From positions 8,122,001 through 8,186,000 of the forward strand of contig NW_024704750.1 in assembly GCF_018977255.1 (NCBI RefSeq): a DNA stretch of 64,000 bases, written 5' to 3'. Under the pieces are notes generated by a model. It ran no database searches, was not told the DNA's origin, and saw only the letters and a list, made by a program, of their open reading frames with translations. Of this stretch, positions 12,849-24,200 are shown piece by piece. The position numbers and the translations under genes were made by a program. Source of the stretch: Callorhinchus milii (taxonomy: Eukaryota). Position 1 is the first letter of the stretch. Each line of letters begins with the position of its first letter.

Positions 12849-15800
12849 GTGAGTGTGTGAGAGCGGGGCCTGGGGGGGCCTGGGGGGGAGAGCGGGGCTG
12901 GGGGGGCCTGGGGGGGAGAGCGGGGCCTGGGGGGGCCTGGGGGGGAGAGCGGGGCCTGGGGGGGGGAGGGGGCCTGGGGGGGGGGAGGCGGGGCCTGGGG
13001 GGGGAGGAGCGGGGCCTGGGGGGGGGGAGCGGGGCCGGGGGGGGGGAGAGCGGGGCCTGGGGGGGGAGAGCGGGGCCTGGGGGGGGGGGAGAGCGGGGCC
13101 TGGGGGGGGGGAGAGCGGGGCCTGGGGGGGGGGGAGAGCGGGGCCTGGGGGGGGGAGAGCGGGGCCTGGGGGGGGGGAGAGCGGGGCCTGGGGGGGGGAG
13201 AGCGGGGCCTGGGGGGGGGGAGAGCGGGGCCTGGGGGGGGAGAGCGGGGCCTGGGGGGGGGGCAGAGCGGGGCCTGGGGGGGGGGGGAGAGCGGGGCCTG
13301 GGGGGGGAGCGGGGCCTGGGGGAGGGGGCCTGGGGGGGGGGGCAGAGCGGGGCCTGGGGGGGAGAGAGGGGCCTGGGGGGCCTGGGGGGGAGGAGAGCGG
13401 GGCCTGGGGGGGAGAGGCGGGGCCTGGGGGGGAGCGGGGCCTGGGGGGGGCAGAGCGGGGCCTGGGGGGGAGAGCGGGGCCTGGGGGGGCAGAGCGGGGC
13501 CTGGGGGGAGAGAGAGCGGGGCCTGGGGGGGGAGAGAGCGGGGCCTGGGGGGAGAGAGAGCGGGGCCTGGGGGGGGGGGAGAGAGAGCGGGGCCTGGGGG
13601 GGGAGAGAGAGCGGGGCCTGGGGGGGGGGGAGAGCGGGGCCTGGGGGGGGGGAGAGAGAGCGGGGCCTGGGGGAGGGAGAGCGGGGCCTGGGGGGGGGAG
13701 AGCGGGGCCTGGGGGGGGAGAGCGGGGCCTGGGGGGGGAGAGCGGGGCCTGGGGGCGCGGGGGGGGGGGGGGCGCGGGGTGTGTATGTGTGACTGACTGC
13801 TGCTCGGGGACGCAGTCTGGTTGTGTTTCCTTTGTCGTCAAAGGACATTTAAGAGACATCTCGGCGATGGCAAACCCCTGGAGCCGATGAGCAGAGGCTG
13901 TTTTGGGGTTTTGCATATGGTGTTCCCTCTTTGAGATTCGGGTGTAGACTTGGGACGTCCTCCCGACGTGAAAGGCGCTATACAAATGTAATCTTGTTGT
14001 TGTTGTAGTCTTCTGATGGGCTGTGGTTCAGCTCTTTCCTTCCCCACACATCTCTCCAACCCTGACAGACCTCACCTTGTGATGGAGCCAAGGGTTTGGT
14101 TTGTGTTGCTAACCTGTCATCATTTCTTCCCCATCAATGTACCCCTTATTTCTTCCACATTACTCATTAATCTCTTCGGGGTTTGTGTACTTTTTGTTTA
14201 AAAAAAACCCCACGAAAGCCTCGTACAATGAGAACGAGTGAATTTGATTCTTCAGATGAGGAAACAGAAGAAGAGTACCAATTGCCAGTGCAAGTAACCT
14301 GGTAAGTGTGAGTTGCGAATCATTTACTGCAGATTTATTGTTGTGCTCAGTTTGCTGAATGTAACGTATTAAAATAAACCACTTGTCGTGTTGCCCAGGT
14401 TATTACTTCGAACATTTGCCCTTTTCATGTTATGGGTCAGTAGTGCAGATTTGGCGTGTGGCAGAATGGATTCATGCTTTGCTTCAACAAAGAGGGATGT
14501 AGCTGCACAATATTGGTGACTAATCAATGTCAACCTCTAACGCTCGGCGGGACCTAAAATTCACAGGACACTGAGATCCTGTCTGCTGCTTGTGCCAAAA
14601 TCTGAATCTGGAGGGATATGATATTGGGACATAGAATCTTGTTATAGCTCCAATTATATTCTGAATGTACTTATCAATTGGTCAATTTCGAATTGGCCAG
14701 ATTTGCTTGGACACAATTCATTGTGATGTGATTTTTTAAAAATATTTAATTTAAAAAGGTTGCCTTTATCAATGGTGAACAGCACCCAATTCCTTGGAAT
14801 CTGTGCATTGCCAGGTGAGCCATTTTTGCTTCAATTTTCCATTGATTTAAGGAAATCTAATTTAAATTAATTCGCAGGGTTGATTTTGTTTTTCAATTTA
14901 ATAATAATCCTTGCATTTGATATAGTGACTTATCACGTCACCACAATGTTTCAAAGTGCTTCATAGGATATACTGTAAAATGGTTTGACTATATTTTTGT
15001 GGGCAAAATGCAGTAGCCAGTTTGCACACAGATATGCTCCACAAACACAATTTCACTAATCAAATATTGTTTACAACCAAATGAAAATTGCCGTTTTTGA
15101 TTAATCTTTTAAGAGATCATTTCAACCTTTAGAGTTTTGAATCAATCATGATTGAAAGAGCCCTTTCTCCCCCCCATCCCCACTAATTTTTAGCCAGGTC
15201 ATCTACTGGAATGTTTGTTGAAGGAAGTCAGTATAACCTGCAGGCCTCCACAGAGGTGCTCTACAAACATGCATGTACAATAGTATTTCAAAATAAAGCT
15301 TCACAAACAAAGCTGAATGAAAGTGACATTCTGTTGGAGAAGCAATGCCCTTTTAATTGTCTGAAGTACCCAAGGGTTAAACTGGTGCCCACCAGATTTT
15401 AGATAAAACCCATGTTTATAAAACTGAAAACTGGATTAGTAATGATCAAATTAGAACACTGGGCTGACCATTTTCATTCATTTGGGATGGGGCTTAGCTA
15501 AGCTGTGGTTTTTTTTGCTTGTGTAAAATTCATACATTTGTACATCATCCTATTAATTTTAAAGGTGCCAATCACTGAAATACTATATAAAATGTGTTTG
15601 TACTTTAAAGTTTTAGGCTCACAACAAAAGTTAAAACCTCCTCTTTTATGAAATAAAACACAGGTTGTAAATTTAAGGATGTAAGAAGAAATCTTCAAAA
15701 AGACATAGGTAATGTAAAGTGTATTACATACTTCTGTGGGATTTTTTTATATCCTAAATATTTCTTCTATTCTTGGTTTATTTTTGTCCTTTCTTTCCCT

Positions 15801-17751
15801 TTCCCCTCTTGCTTTCTTCACATCTGGCATCATCCTTTACGTAGAAAGCATGTGACTGATCTGCTTGCAGGGTTATGTAACCAGATGCCAGATTGAGCAG
15901 TTTTTACTTTTGTCTCCTTGTGTTGGGAGGACTGAAATCCAAACTTCTCATTTGCTTGAGAATAGCACATTATTGTTGTTATTGTAGCAGGTTCAACCCT
16001 GTGCCTATTAGCTGCATAGAACACCACATTGGAATTCTGACAAATTACTTAATCTTTGCCTGTTTAAAGAGATATTTAAGGTCAGATAACATCTGCAATA
16101 GGTACTGTATATTCCTTGCGGTTCTTGGATGTGTTGTGTGTGTGTGTAGAGTTAGTAGACCATATAATTAATTGAGATATTTCTTTTTACATTTTAACAG
16201 AAGCACTCTGGAGACACAGCATACAGGATGTATTTGTGTTCTGTACCAAAGGAGAGATGGGAAAATACAGGGTTCCAGGCTTATTGGAATCCTATCAGCA
16301 ACAGGGATTCACAGTGCATCACTATCCTTTTCCTGATGGAAATGTTCCTGATATTTCCAGCTGCTCCAAAATTTTGGAGGAGTTGAGAATTTGCTTGGAA
16401 AATGACAAAAAGACCCTTATCCAGTAAGCGGTTTAGTTACGTCAGAGATTTGTGCAAAACTTTGTATTTTTTTATGGCAAATGGAATGCAAGTGACAAGT
16501 ACAATAGGTATCATATCTGCAATATGGTTACGTATTCTTAACACTAGACAGCATATCTGATCCAGATGCCAGATTCTTAATTTTCCCAATGAACCAAATA
16601 ATTTACTGACTTCTCATTGAGGGTAAGATTTATAGGCAGTACCCAGCTACACAATTCCCAGTACAGTAAATCCCTGGCTTACCAGACTGGGTATCCATCC
16701 GGAATTCATACCTAGCTTGACTGGGCTCGAAAAGGAAACATCTTTATAAAATTTCCATGGACCTGCATGTAGACTCCCCTCCTTGCTGTGCTTGCTGGCC
16801 TTTAGTGGCCAGGGATACAATATGGAATTTGACTCAGTGTGAATCCTCTGAACAGAGGGTAGCTTATAAGTAGATAGCTTATTCGCAATGTTCTGTTCAC
16901 GGCACCGAAAAAGCTGGTAAATGCCAGTTTGGGTGTTGTGATTATGCTTATCCCAAATTCCATGACTTAAATCTAAACCACATTATTGTAAAACAAATTT
17001 TGTAATTATTTTGCAGGTGTTATGGAGGCCTTGGGCGTTCTTGTCTAAGTAAGTGTAGAATTTTTACTATTCTATTTGTTTACTTTAGAGAACTTCTTCG
17101 TCGCCCACTGTCCCCTCCCCACAGCCAGAAAAATTGCAAGTGTGTTTTCAACTCTTGTTGAAGCTGAAGCTGCATCTGAAAAGGCTGTATTATCTACAAC
17201 AGTATTTTTGTTTTCTTTAAACTTTTCCCTAATAGTTGCAGCCTGTCTTCTACTTCAGCTATCTGATGCTATGTTTCCTGAGCAAGCAATTGATCTCCTT
17301 CGAGAATTGAGAGGAGCTGGCGCCATACAAACTGTGAAGGTAAATATCACAATATTACCAATAAATAAACTACTTTTTCATGGTTTCCAAAAATGAAACT
17401 TTAAAACATTTAAAAATTATAATGTTAGTTTGGTGAAGGCATGACATTTTATTTGTAGCTTTATCTTGAGGAGATGGGGGAAAGGTCCCGTTGCTCTTGT
17501 TAATATTTTACCAGCCAACATGTACTTGTCTTTATTCTTTCTCCCAAAATGTATTACCTCACATTTGTCCACATTAAACCTATCTGGTCAGGAAATACTG
17601 TAAGAAAACATGTACACTTAGATGTAATTTTTCTACATTTTGTTTTCTGTTTCTTTGGCAGCAATACAATTACTTGCATGATTTTCGGGAAAATATGGCA
17701 AACTATCTGGCAACAAAAGAAGACTCTGCAACCCGATCAGTGTCGAGATAA
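12837..17751 (+). CDS. CDKN3: Cyclin-dependent kinase inhibitor 3 (KAP dual-specificity phosphatase), 214 aa; join(12837-12848,14219-14301,14759-14814,15664-15708,16201-16423,17017-17048,17236-17339,17662-17751)
   Basis: Spliced translation MVNLPRTMRTSEFDSSDEE...LGICALPGCKFKDVRRNLQKD...QCYGGLGRSCLIAACLLL...LRGAGAIQTVKQYNYLHDFRE...RSVSR* matches CDKN3. All introns GT-AG, phases consistent, total 645 nt. Possible alternative start at ATG 14228. Confidence 0.96.
12858..13778 (+). repeat. G-rich minisatellite (GAGAGCGGGGCCT-Gn unit, ~20-24 nt) at the start of CDKN3 intron 1
   Basis: Roughly 40 tandem units differing in G-run length. Confidence 0.97.
14219..14301 (+). CDS. CDKN3: CDKN3 exon 2
   Basis: PRTMRTSEFDSSDEETEEEYQLPVQVTW; AAG acceptor, GTAAGT donor. 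Confidence 0.92.
14759..14814 (+). CDS. CDKN3: CDKN3 exon 3
   Basis: LPLSMVNSTQFLGICALPG; GTGAGC donor. Confidence 0.93.
14898..15050 (-). mobile_element. SINE 3' fragment in CDKN3 intron 3
   Basis: (AAT)n CCTTGCATTTGATATAG... Confidence 0.8.
15664..15708 (+). CDS. CDKN3: CDKN3 exon 4
   Basis: CKFKDVRRNLQKDI; CAG acceptor, GTAAT donor. Confidence 0.93.
16201..16423 (+). CDS. CDKN3: CDKN3 exon 5
   Basis: ALWRHSIQDVFVFCTKGEMGKYRVPGLL...HHYPFPDGNVPD...KTLI; GTAAGC donor. Confidence 0.95.
17017..17048 (+). CDS. CDKN3: CDKN3 exon 6 (catalytic CX5R loop)
   Basis: CYGGLGRSCL; TGCAG acceptor, GTAAGT donor. Confidence 0.95.
17236..17339 (+). CDS. CDKN3: CDKN3 exon 7
   Basis: AACLLLQLSDAMFPEQAIDLLRELRGAGAIQTVK. 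Confidence 0.95.
17662..17751 (+). CDS. CDKN3: CDKN3 exon 8 (last coding)
   Basis: QYNYLHDFRENMANYLATKEDSATRSVSR*. Confidence 0.95.
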   Translation, partial: QYNYLHDFRENMANYLATKEDSATRSVSR

Positions 17752-17925
17752 AATGTTTTATAAAATCCAGTCTATAAATTTGGGTTTAATTGTTGTAAAT
17801 TGATTAATTGTAAATATTGCAAATGTCTAAATTCTCTGGAATTACCAGCTTTGTGTACATACATTTGGCACTATTCAGGGTTTCTCAAAATATTGTTTCT
17901 AAGTGGAATGCTATCAAAAAATCAA

Positions 17926-17931
17926 AATAAA
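17926..17931 (+). terminator. Probable CDKN3 polyadenylation signal
   Basis: Overlapping AATAAA hexamers ~175 nt after the stop. Confidence 0.55.
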
Positions 17932-18234
17932 TAAAACACCAAGTTCTGCAGTTTGTAAACCAATGCTCTGGGTAGCTCTTAATACAAAAGTTTTATTTAT
18001 CAAAACCACCTTTAGAGAAAATCAAACCAGAAATCTATTTGTTACTTGTATAACTCTGAAGTACTGAAAAAGGGATTGGTTAAGATTTGTTATCAAATTT
18101 TAAATGTAATTGTGAATCAAGACTGATGCTTTAATCTTACCCTACCTTGTGATTTCTCTGAAACTTTATGTATATTTGGCAAAAAATAAAGTAAAATTAC
18201 ACAAATTGCCGAAGAATCTTATTTACGTTTACCT

Positions 18235-18625
18235 GTGGCTCAGGTTCGAGCTCTCGCCTCGCAAGCAAGAGACCTTGGTTTGATTTCTGGGCAGGGCAAA
18301 ATGTTGGGCAAATTTCCTTACTCTACACGCCTCTGTTTACCTTCCAGTGAGTAGGAACCCGGTTGTTAGTCAATTGGTGTATCGCTTTTTCAGAGTAATA
18401 AATTATTCAAAAAAAAAAAAAAATTGGTCACTCACTCAATCCACGGCTGTTTGTGCTTCAGAGCTGGAACCCTATTCTGATAAAACTAGTCATTCACTTC
18501 ATGACTGTTGTGGGACATTGTTGTGTGCTGTCTGACTAACTGGCATATAATATATATACACACACTTCATGAAGTGCTTTGAGACATTTGACTTCATAGG
18601 CATGATATCAAATGCAAGGAATATT
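18235..18625 (+). mobile_element. tRNA-derived SINE, decayed
   Basis: Head, core and tail homologous to the 1182 copy. Confidence 0.8.
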
Positions 18626-21213
18626 TTACTGTTTAATACTATCAATAGAAACAGCATCTGTCACATGTTTGAGTGTATCCAGGTCTAGACAGATTATAAC
18701 ACAAATAGAGGTACTAATTTGTACTTAGAGGTACTAATTTGTGTGTAAAAAATCAATTAATTTTTAATGTCCACATTTAATCATAAGTTTTGATACAAGG
18801 AATCTGAGCATCAGAAATGCATAATGCCCATAGCTTTTTATCATATCTGGCTTTATTGCTGCTACACCAATAACCGATATTAATGCCTTATGGAGCTCAG
18901 CTAATCAATATGCATCAGTAGGATGAATGACTGCATTACAATGTGCAAGATAAGCTTATAAAAATGGGTTTATATTTTTCCCTGCTCTCCACCCAGAAGC
19001 GCAATGTCCATTTGCTTCTTCAGCTGATACCAGCTAACTCAGAATTGATCTATCATAAGAATGGATTGATTACCATGTCACCTTGAGAAGAAAACACTCT
19101 GGAAAGTAATCCCTTAGACATTATTCAAGACTTACTGACAAATTACCAAGATGTAATGACAGCTTTTGAAAATGAAAATGGTCATTCCATTTGTTTTAAT
19201 TAAGTGGGCACATATTGAATAGGTAACTGAACTTGTGTTATCCATTTATTATACTAACACCACAAGTGCAGCATTGATAAAACAATGTTAAAGCTGTGTT
19301 CTCAGAAATATGACACAAGTTCCCATCTTACAATTCTTCACATTTCGGTGTTCCTGATTATAACAACGTTGTTAGGATTAAACACTCAGCTAAGGGAAAA
19401 CAGTTTCCACAGGTAAGTAAGAAACCCATCAGCCAGTTTTGCATAATCACTTCACTTGCCTATCACCTCAGTCAGTGTGTAATCTAGGGAGAACATATTA
19501 AGAGCAAGTGGGTTGAAAGGTACAACAAAAAAGGAAATAAGTGAAGTTTTTGAAGATTGATCTATACGTAGCATTATACCTTATAATTTCAGTGCATCGG
19601 GATAATATATACTGGGTTATTTTATGTGTTTGTTGCATCATAAGACATTGTTACAAAGAGAAACATTTGAAACATTTTTAAGACTTGCAAATTAAGGTTA
19701 TGCAACATCTAATGATGATATAAAGGCAACTTTCGTTGCTTTCAATCAATCTGGTTGTGCGATTATTGATCCTGAATGCAGGGAATATTTCAATAGAATA
19801 GCTTATGTGTCTAGTTGTCTTCTGGCAGCATAGTTTCTGGGCAAACATTTGCTGTGCAGACTGTATCGCGTGAAGGGAACACAGCTGTTCACAGTTGAAT
19901 CATGTCCATCCATAGGCAGTCAATTGTCCAATACAATTTATTACATCTGTGCCTTTGCATCAAAATGCTATTATGTACACTAAATGAAATAAAGGCTAAG
20001 TGTGAGATGTGTCAGTAAGATGATCACTGCTGTGTAGTCTAAAATACGATGGTTAAGACATGAATTCAGGAATAAGTCACTTGCATTTTACCAAACAAGA
20101 TATTCATTATTGATTTTGCCTGTAATTTTGTAAAACAGAAATATCTACACTGGAATATTTTACATAAAAATCAGTCAATTAGCACACATTTTACAGTACT
20201 ATTGTTTCCTTTATTTTATAACTGAGCAAGTTTATTTGCAGGATTTTGTACAGAAAAAAAATAGCTGTAGTGCACCACAACCACATACAGGCGAACCTCA
20301 ATATTACAAAGTTGAGATTGACAAGCTAGCTTTAACAGGGGGTTTGTGTTATTCAGGGTTGAACTCCCAGCTTGAAATGAAAGCTCAGCCATAACTACAA
20401 AAAGTATAACTTGACATTTAAAACAACCCAATTTGTTAAGGCTTTTCTGTATTTCAGCCTTTACAATATAAATATATAGGTCAAATCACAAGTATCGCTT
20501 TGGCACTTTCAAACTATGAACTAAAACAGTCTTCACGGCAAATTTGAAAGTTTCAAAAAAAAAGGTTCGCTTGAAAGACATGTCACTTTGTAGAAAATGC
20601 AAATTGAATTTCTTTTACACAAATTATTCCTTGTCTACGCAAAGTACGACTTTCATCGGTTACATTTGCCAAATCTCCTGCGTGTACAACATAAAGATGT
20701 TTAAAATAAATTCTCTTTCCTCAAAAACTATAAATTTACTAAAAACTTAATGTAAACAGGAATCCAATGAGGTTTCGGGTGTGCAATCTGCATTCATCCT
20801 CTGGACTATAATTGGTTGCTTGTTTCAGCTAGATATTTAAACACATTTAGGCCTAGTTACATAATTTTACACATATACCTGTATATTATTTGCAGTTAGC
20901 ATCAAATCAAGTACAAACTCAATTTTATGTTTAAAACTACACTGTCATTGCCGATATTTATAAAGCACAAACATCTCAATTTTTCTGCGTTGTTTGTCCA
21001 GGCAATTTACCAAAATAATTTACAAGGCAGGATATACATCTTGAAGGCAAAATGTCCATGAAAAGAAGTGAGGAAATAATTTAATTTGTATGTATGTGGG
21101 TCATATCTGGTTTTCTACAAATCCTGCAGTTGAATCTAAACTCTTGAAAAACAACCATCATCTATTTTCCTTCAATGGAGTCATCAATTTCATTGGAGTC
21201 TGTAATCATCTTT

Positions 21214-21241
21214 TTAGGAGCTCACCAGGACATAGATCATG
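21214..21241 (-). CDS. CNIH1: CNIH1 exon 5 (last coding)
   Basis: [11 protein letters not shown]. Confidence 0.95.
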
Positions 21242-24200
21242 CTGCAACACAAAAAAAAGGAAAGTTAGCATTCAGATCCCTGAAATTAAATAGAAACAAA
21301 GACCCCTGCTATCACCTATGGATTTCAATAAGTACATATTAACAGATGCTATCAATACCTCAGAGGGTTGACACAGCTGATTCAAACAAAAAGGAAACGG
21401 AGAAGAGGGGGAAATATGTCACTTTTGAATACAACAAAATTACATTTATATAGCGACTTTCATGTCGGGAGGACATCCCAAGGCGCTGGACAGTCAGTTT
21501 TCCGGACACAAGCTGGGGGTCAGGATTGGGGAGGGCGGCGGGTGATCGAAAGCACGGTTGAAGAGGAGGGTCTTGAGATGGATCATGAAGGAGAATAAAG
21601 TACTATAATTGAGCTCAAACATAAACGGGGAACCTCGTGAAAAATATTGATCTAAATATCAAAGTGCTTCAGTGCATAATTAAACAAAGTAATGGCTTGT
21701 CATGACATGCATCATCTTGCTTAACAATTAACTAGAAGCTTGACGCCCAAGTTTAGGTGTAGTCCCACATAGAACATTATTATACCTGAACAGGACTCAA
21801 GTATCTAGTCTCAAATTATTATTATTCATTTTATACTAAGGTAGAATTGTAATGGAACTTATACATAGGACAAAGTGAAACATAATTCATTTTGCTGTTA
21901 ACTTACCCATATAGGTAGTAGAAAAATGACAGTAGGTAGAATGCTAGCTTACACCATCCTTCCTTCTGACAGTACGCTAATATATCAGCATTCATAATAG
22001 TGGTGGGATCATATAGACCTGGGACACTCATTATTGGCCTAGTCATGTACCTGAGAATAAAAAAAAAGTATGTCTTGCATTAAACCACAACAGTGAAACT
22101 TATTCCATATTTGGTTAACCTTTCATAGATGCCGTAGTTTGACTGCTTTTCTCGTTAAATACAACAATCCCAGCAATTAATAAATTCTAAAACATCCTTC
22201 AGAAAATGGGTGTAATAGTCTATGATTGTACATAGTCTTTGGACGAAATTGGTTTGATAGTCAAACAGGTTTTTCTTGTTCTATGTTTATGTACATTCTT
22301 ATGTTTGAGCAAAAATATAACTCCAGAGGCAGAAAACTCCAAAAATGAAGATAAACAGCAAGAGAACTGATACACATTTGTTTTTAAAACATTCAACCGA
22401 ATCATTAAATTACCTACAAGGTAAGAGTAATCCATTAAGACAGAAAATTACAAACAGTAGATAATTACCTCCAGATATGATAGCTCAACAGTGGCATGTT
22501 GAGACCCAGTGTTAGCCATTCTGTTGCACAGAGGAACATGACACAGAAGAAGGCATGGATGAGATACTCGGGAAGAACAAGCTGCAAGAACCAAATCAGA
22601 ATTAGTTTGTCCTCATGTGCCTGATTTCAATGGACCAAGCCGAGCTAGCAGACCAACATTTAAGCAATATTCTATACATCTGTAACAGATTTATTTCTGA
22701 TAAAGGGGAAATATTTAAAAAATTCTATATCTTGAATCTGCGACAAAACATTTCAAAACCCTGTTCTTCTAGATTCTCAATGGCTCCATTGGTAATGCCA
22801 CAGATCAATGCAAAACTCAGCCATGCAAACCAGGAAGATCACTGATTTAAACCTTGGTTTTAGCAGATATCATCAGCAATGTCTGGAAAAAGCATACTAC
22901 AACAGGCCTCAAAACCTGGCCTAGAGAGGGAAAATCAACACTCTGAATTATGAGTTAGTATTTTTTTTAAAAAAGGGGAGGTATTGCTTTTACCTCTACA
23001 AATTAAAAATCTCCAGTTACTAACTGAAACGATTCCAAGTTAATGACTCTGGACATGCTCAACCAAATGTATACAGATGCACAACAAAACCTTATGTAAG
23101 TTGATGGGCTGTATGTTATTCTGTCCATAACCATTCTGTCACTTCTACAGACATGGCAGTAGACTATTTTTCATACTTCACTACAACATAGCCTATGAGA
23201 CAAACATGACCAGGAACCCAAAATAATGATCATGTTATAATGGGGTTGTTGCCCTGAACCTATTGCACTTATTTCACAAAAAACCCTTCATGTCAAAAAC
23301 ATATCTACTTTCATCTTTAACTGCTAGTATTATTCCACTTGTATTCGTTTCCTAAGGAAATTGCTCAACAAAATCGCCACTGTCTTTGTAAAGTAGCTAA
23401 ATCTAAGCTAGCTATTCTTTGGAGATTGAGACCATAACCTATTATTGACATAAGAGCCCAGCTGATCTGCACAACTTTCATACTGGTGTGCACAAATATG
23501 GGGATCAAAATCAAATGATGCACCTGTTGTGCATGAAAGAGTAAAGCTAAAACCTTTGAAAATAAGCTACAAGAGACATTTATTTACATGTACGAACAAA
23601 ATACAAAATACTGCAACTTATCCCAGCGACTCCTGTTTTTGTTATTTATTTACATGTTCTGTCCAAGTGGTACTTCTGATTAGAGGCAGGCATTGCAGAA
23701 AAATATGAGCATCACAAGTGGAATTAAAATGTAATTAAAATTATGCGGTAATGATTAAACACTCCTAGAAATACTGGTTCAGAGCAAAGCAAAATATGTA
23801 GCACGTAAAACATGCAGGAATATGAAAACTGGTGATCCTGTTGACAATTTCTAAAAAAGTTAAAAAAGTTACCTACCTTCTTCAGGTAGATATAATTGGG
23901 TTATGCTCCATGTAGCTGAACCTTAATAATAATAATCTTTGCATTTGATATAGCGCTTTTCACTTCTTCTAGACGTCTCAAAGCGCTTCACAGAATATAT
24001 TGTAAAGTGAATTGACTGTATATTTGTGGGATGTCATTGAATTGACCTGGTTGTGTCTATGATGCAACATATCAATTGTTAAACTTTTGAGCCTCAATTA
24101 GCTGAAACATTTAACACGTGACACGTCAGTTTTTACCTCTGTGGGGATATTTTCCATTGCAAGGATTCTATCTCTTTAATGGTCAGTGTAAATGTTTTGT

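Noticed and set aside
12305-12852. 149-154 aa ORFs upstream of CDKN3
   Set aside because: Frameshifted L2 ORF2 remnant plus low-complexity C-runs
12813-13985. Overlapping 324-390 aa Pro/Gly-rich ORFs on both strands
   Set aside because: By-product of a stop-free G-rich minisatellite in CDKN3 intron 1
18706-18742. 20-nt tandem duplication (similar ones near 1524 and 61977)
   Set aside because: Ordinary slippage duplications; no spacer structure, not CRISPR-like
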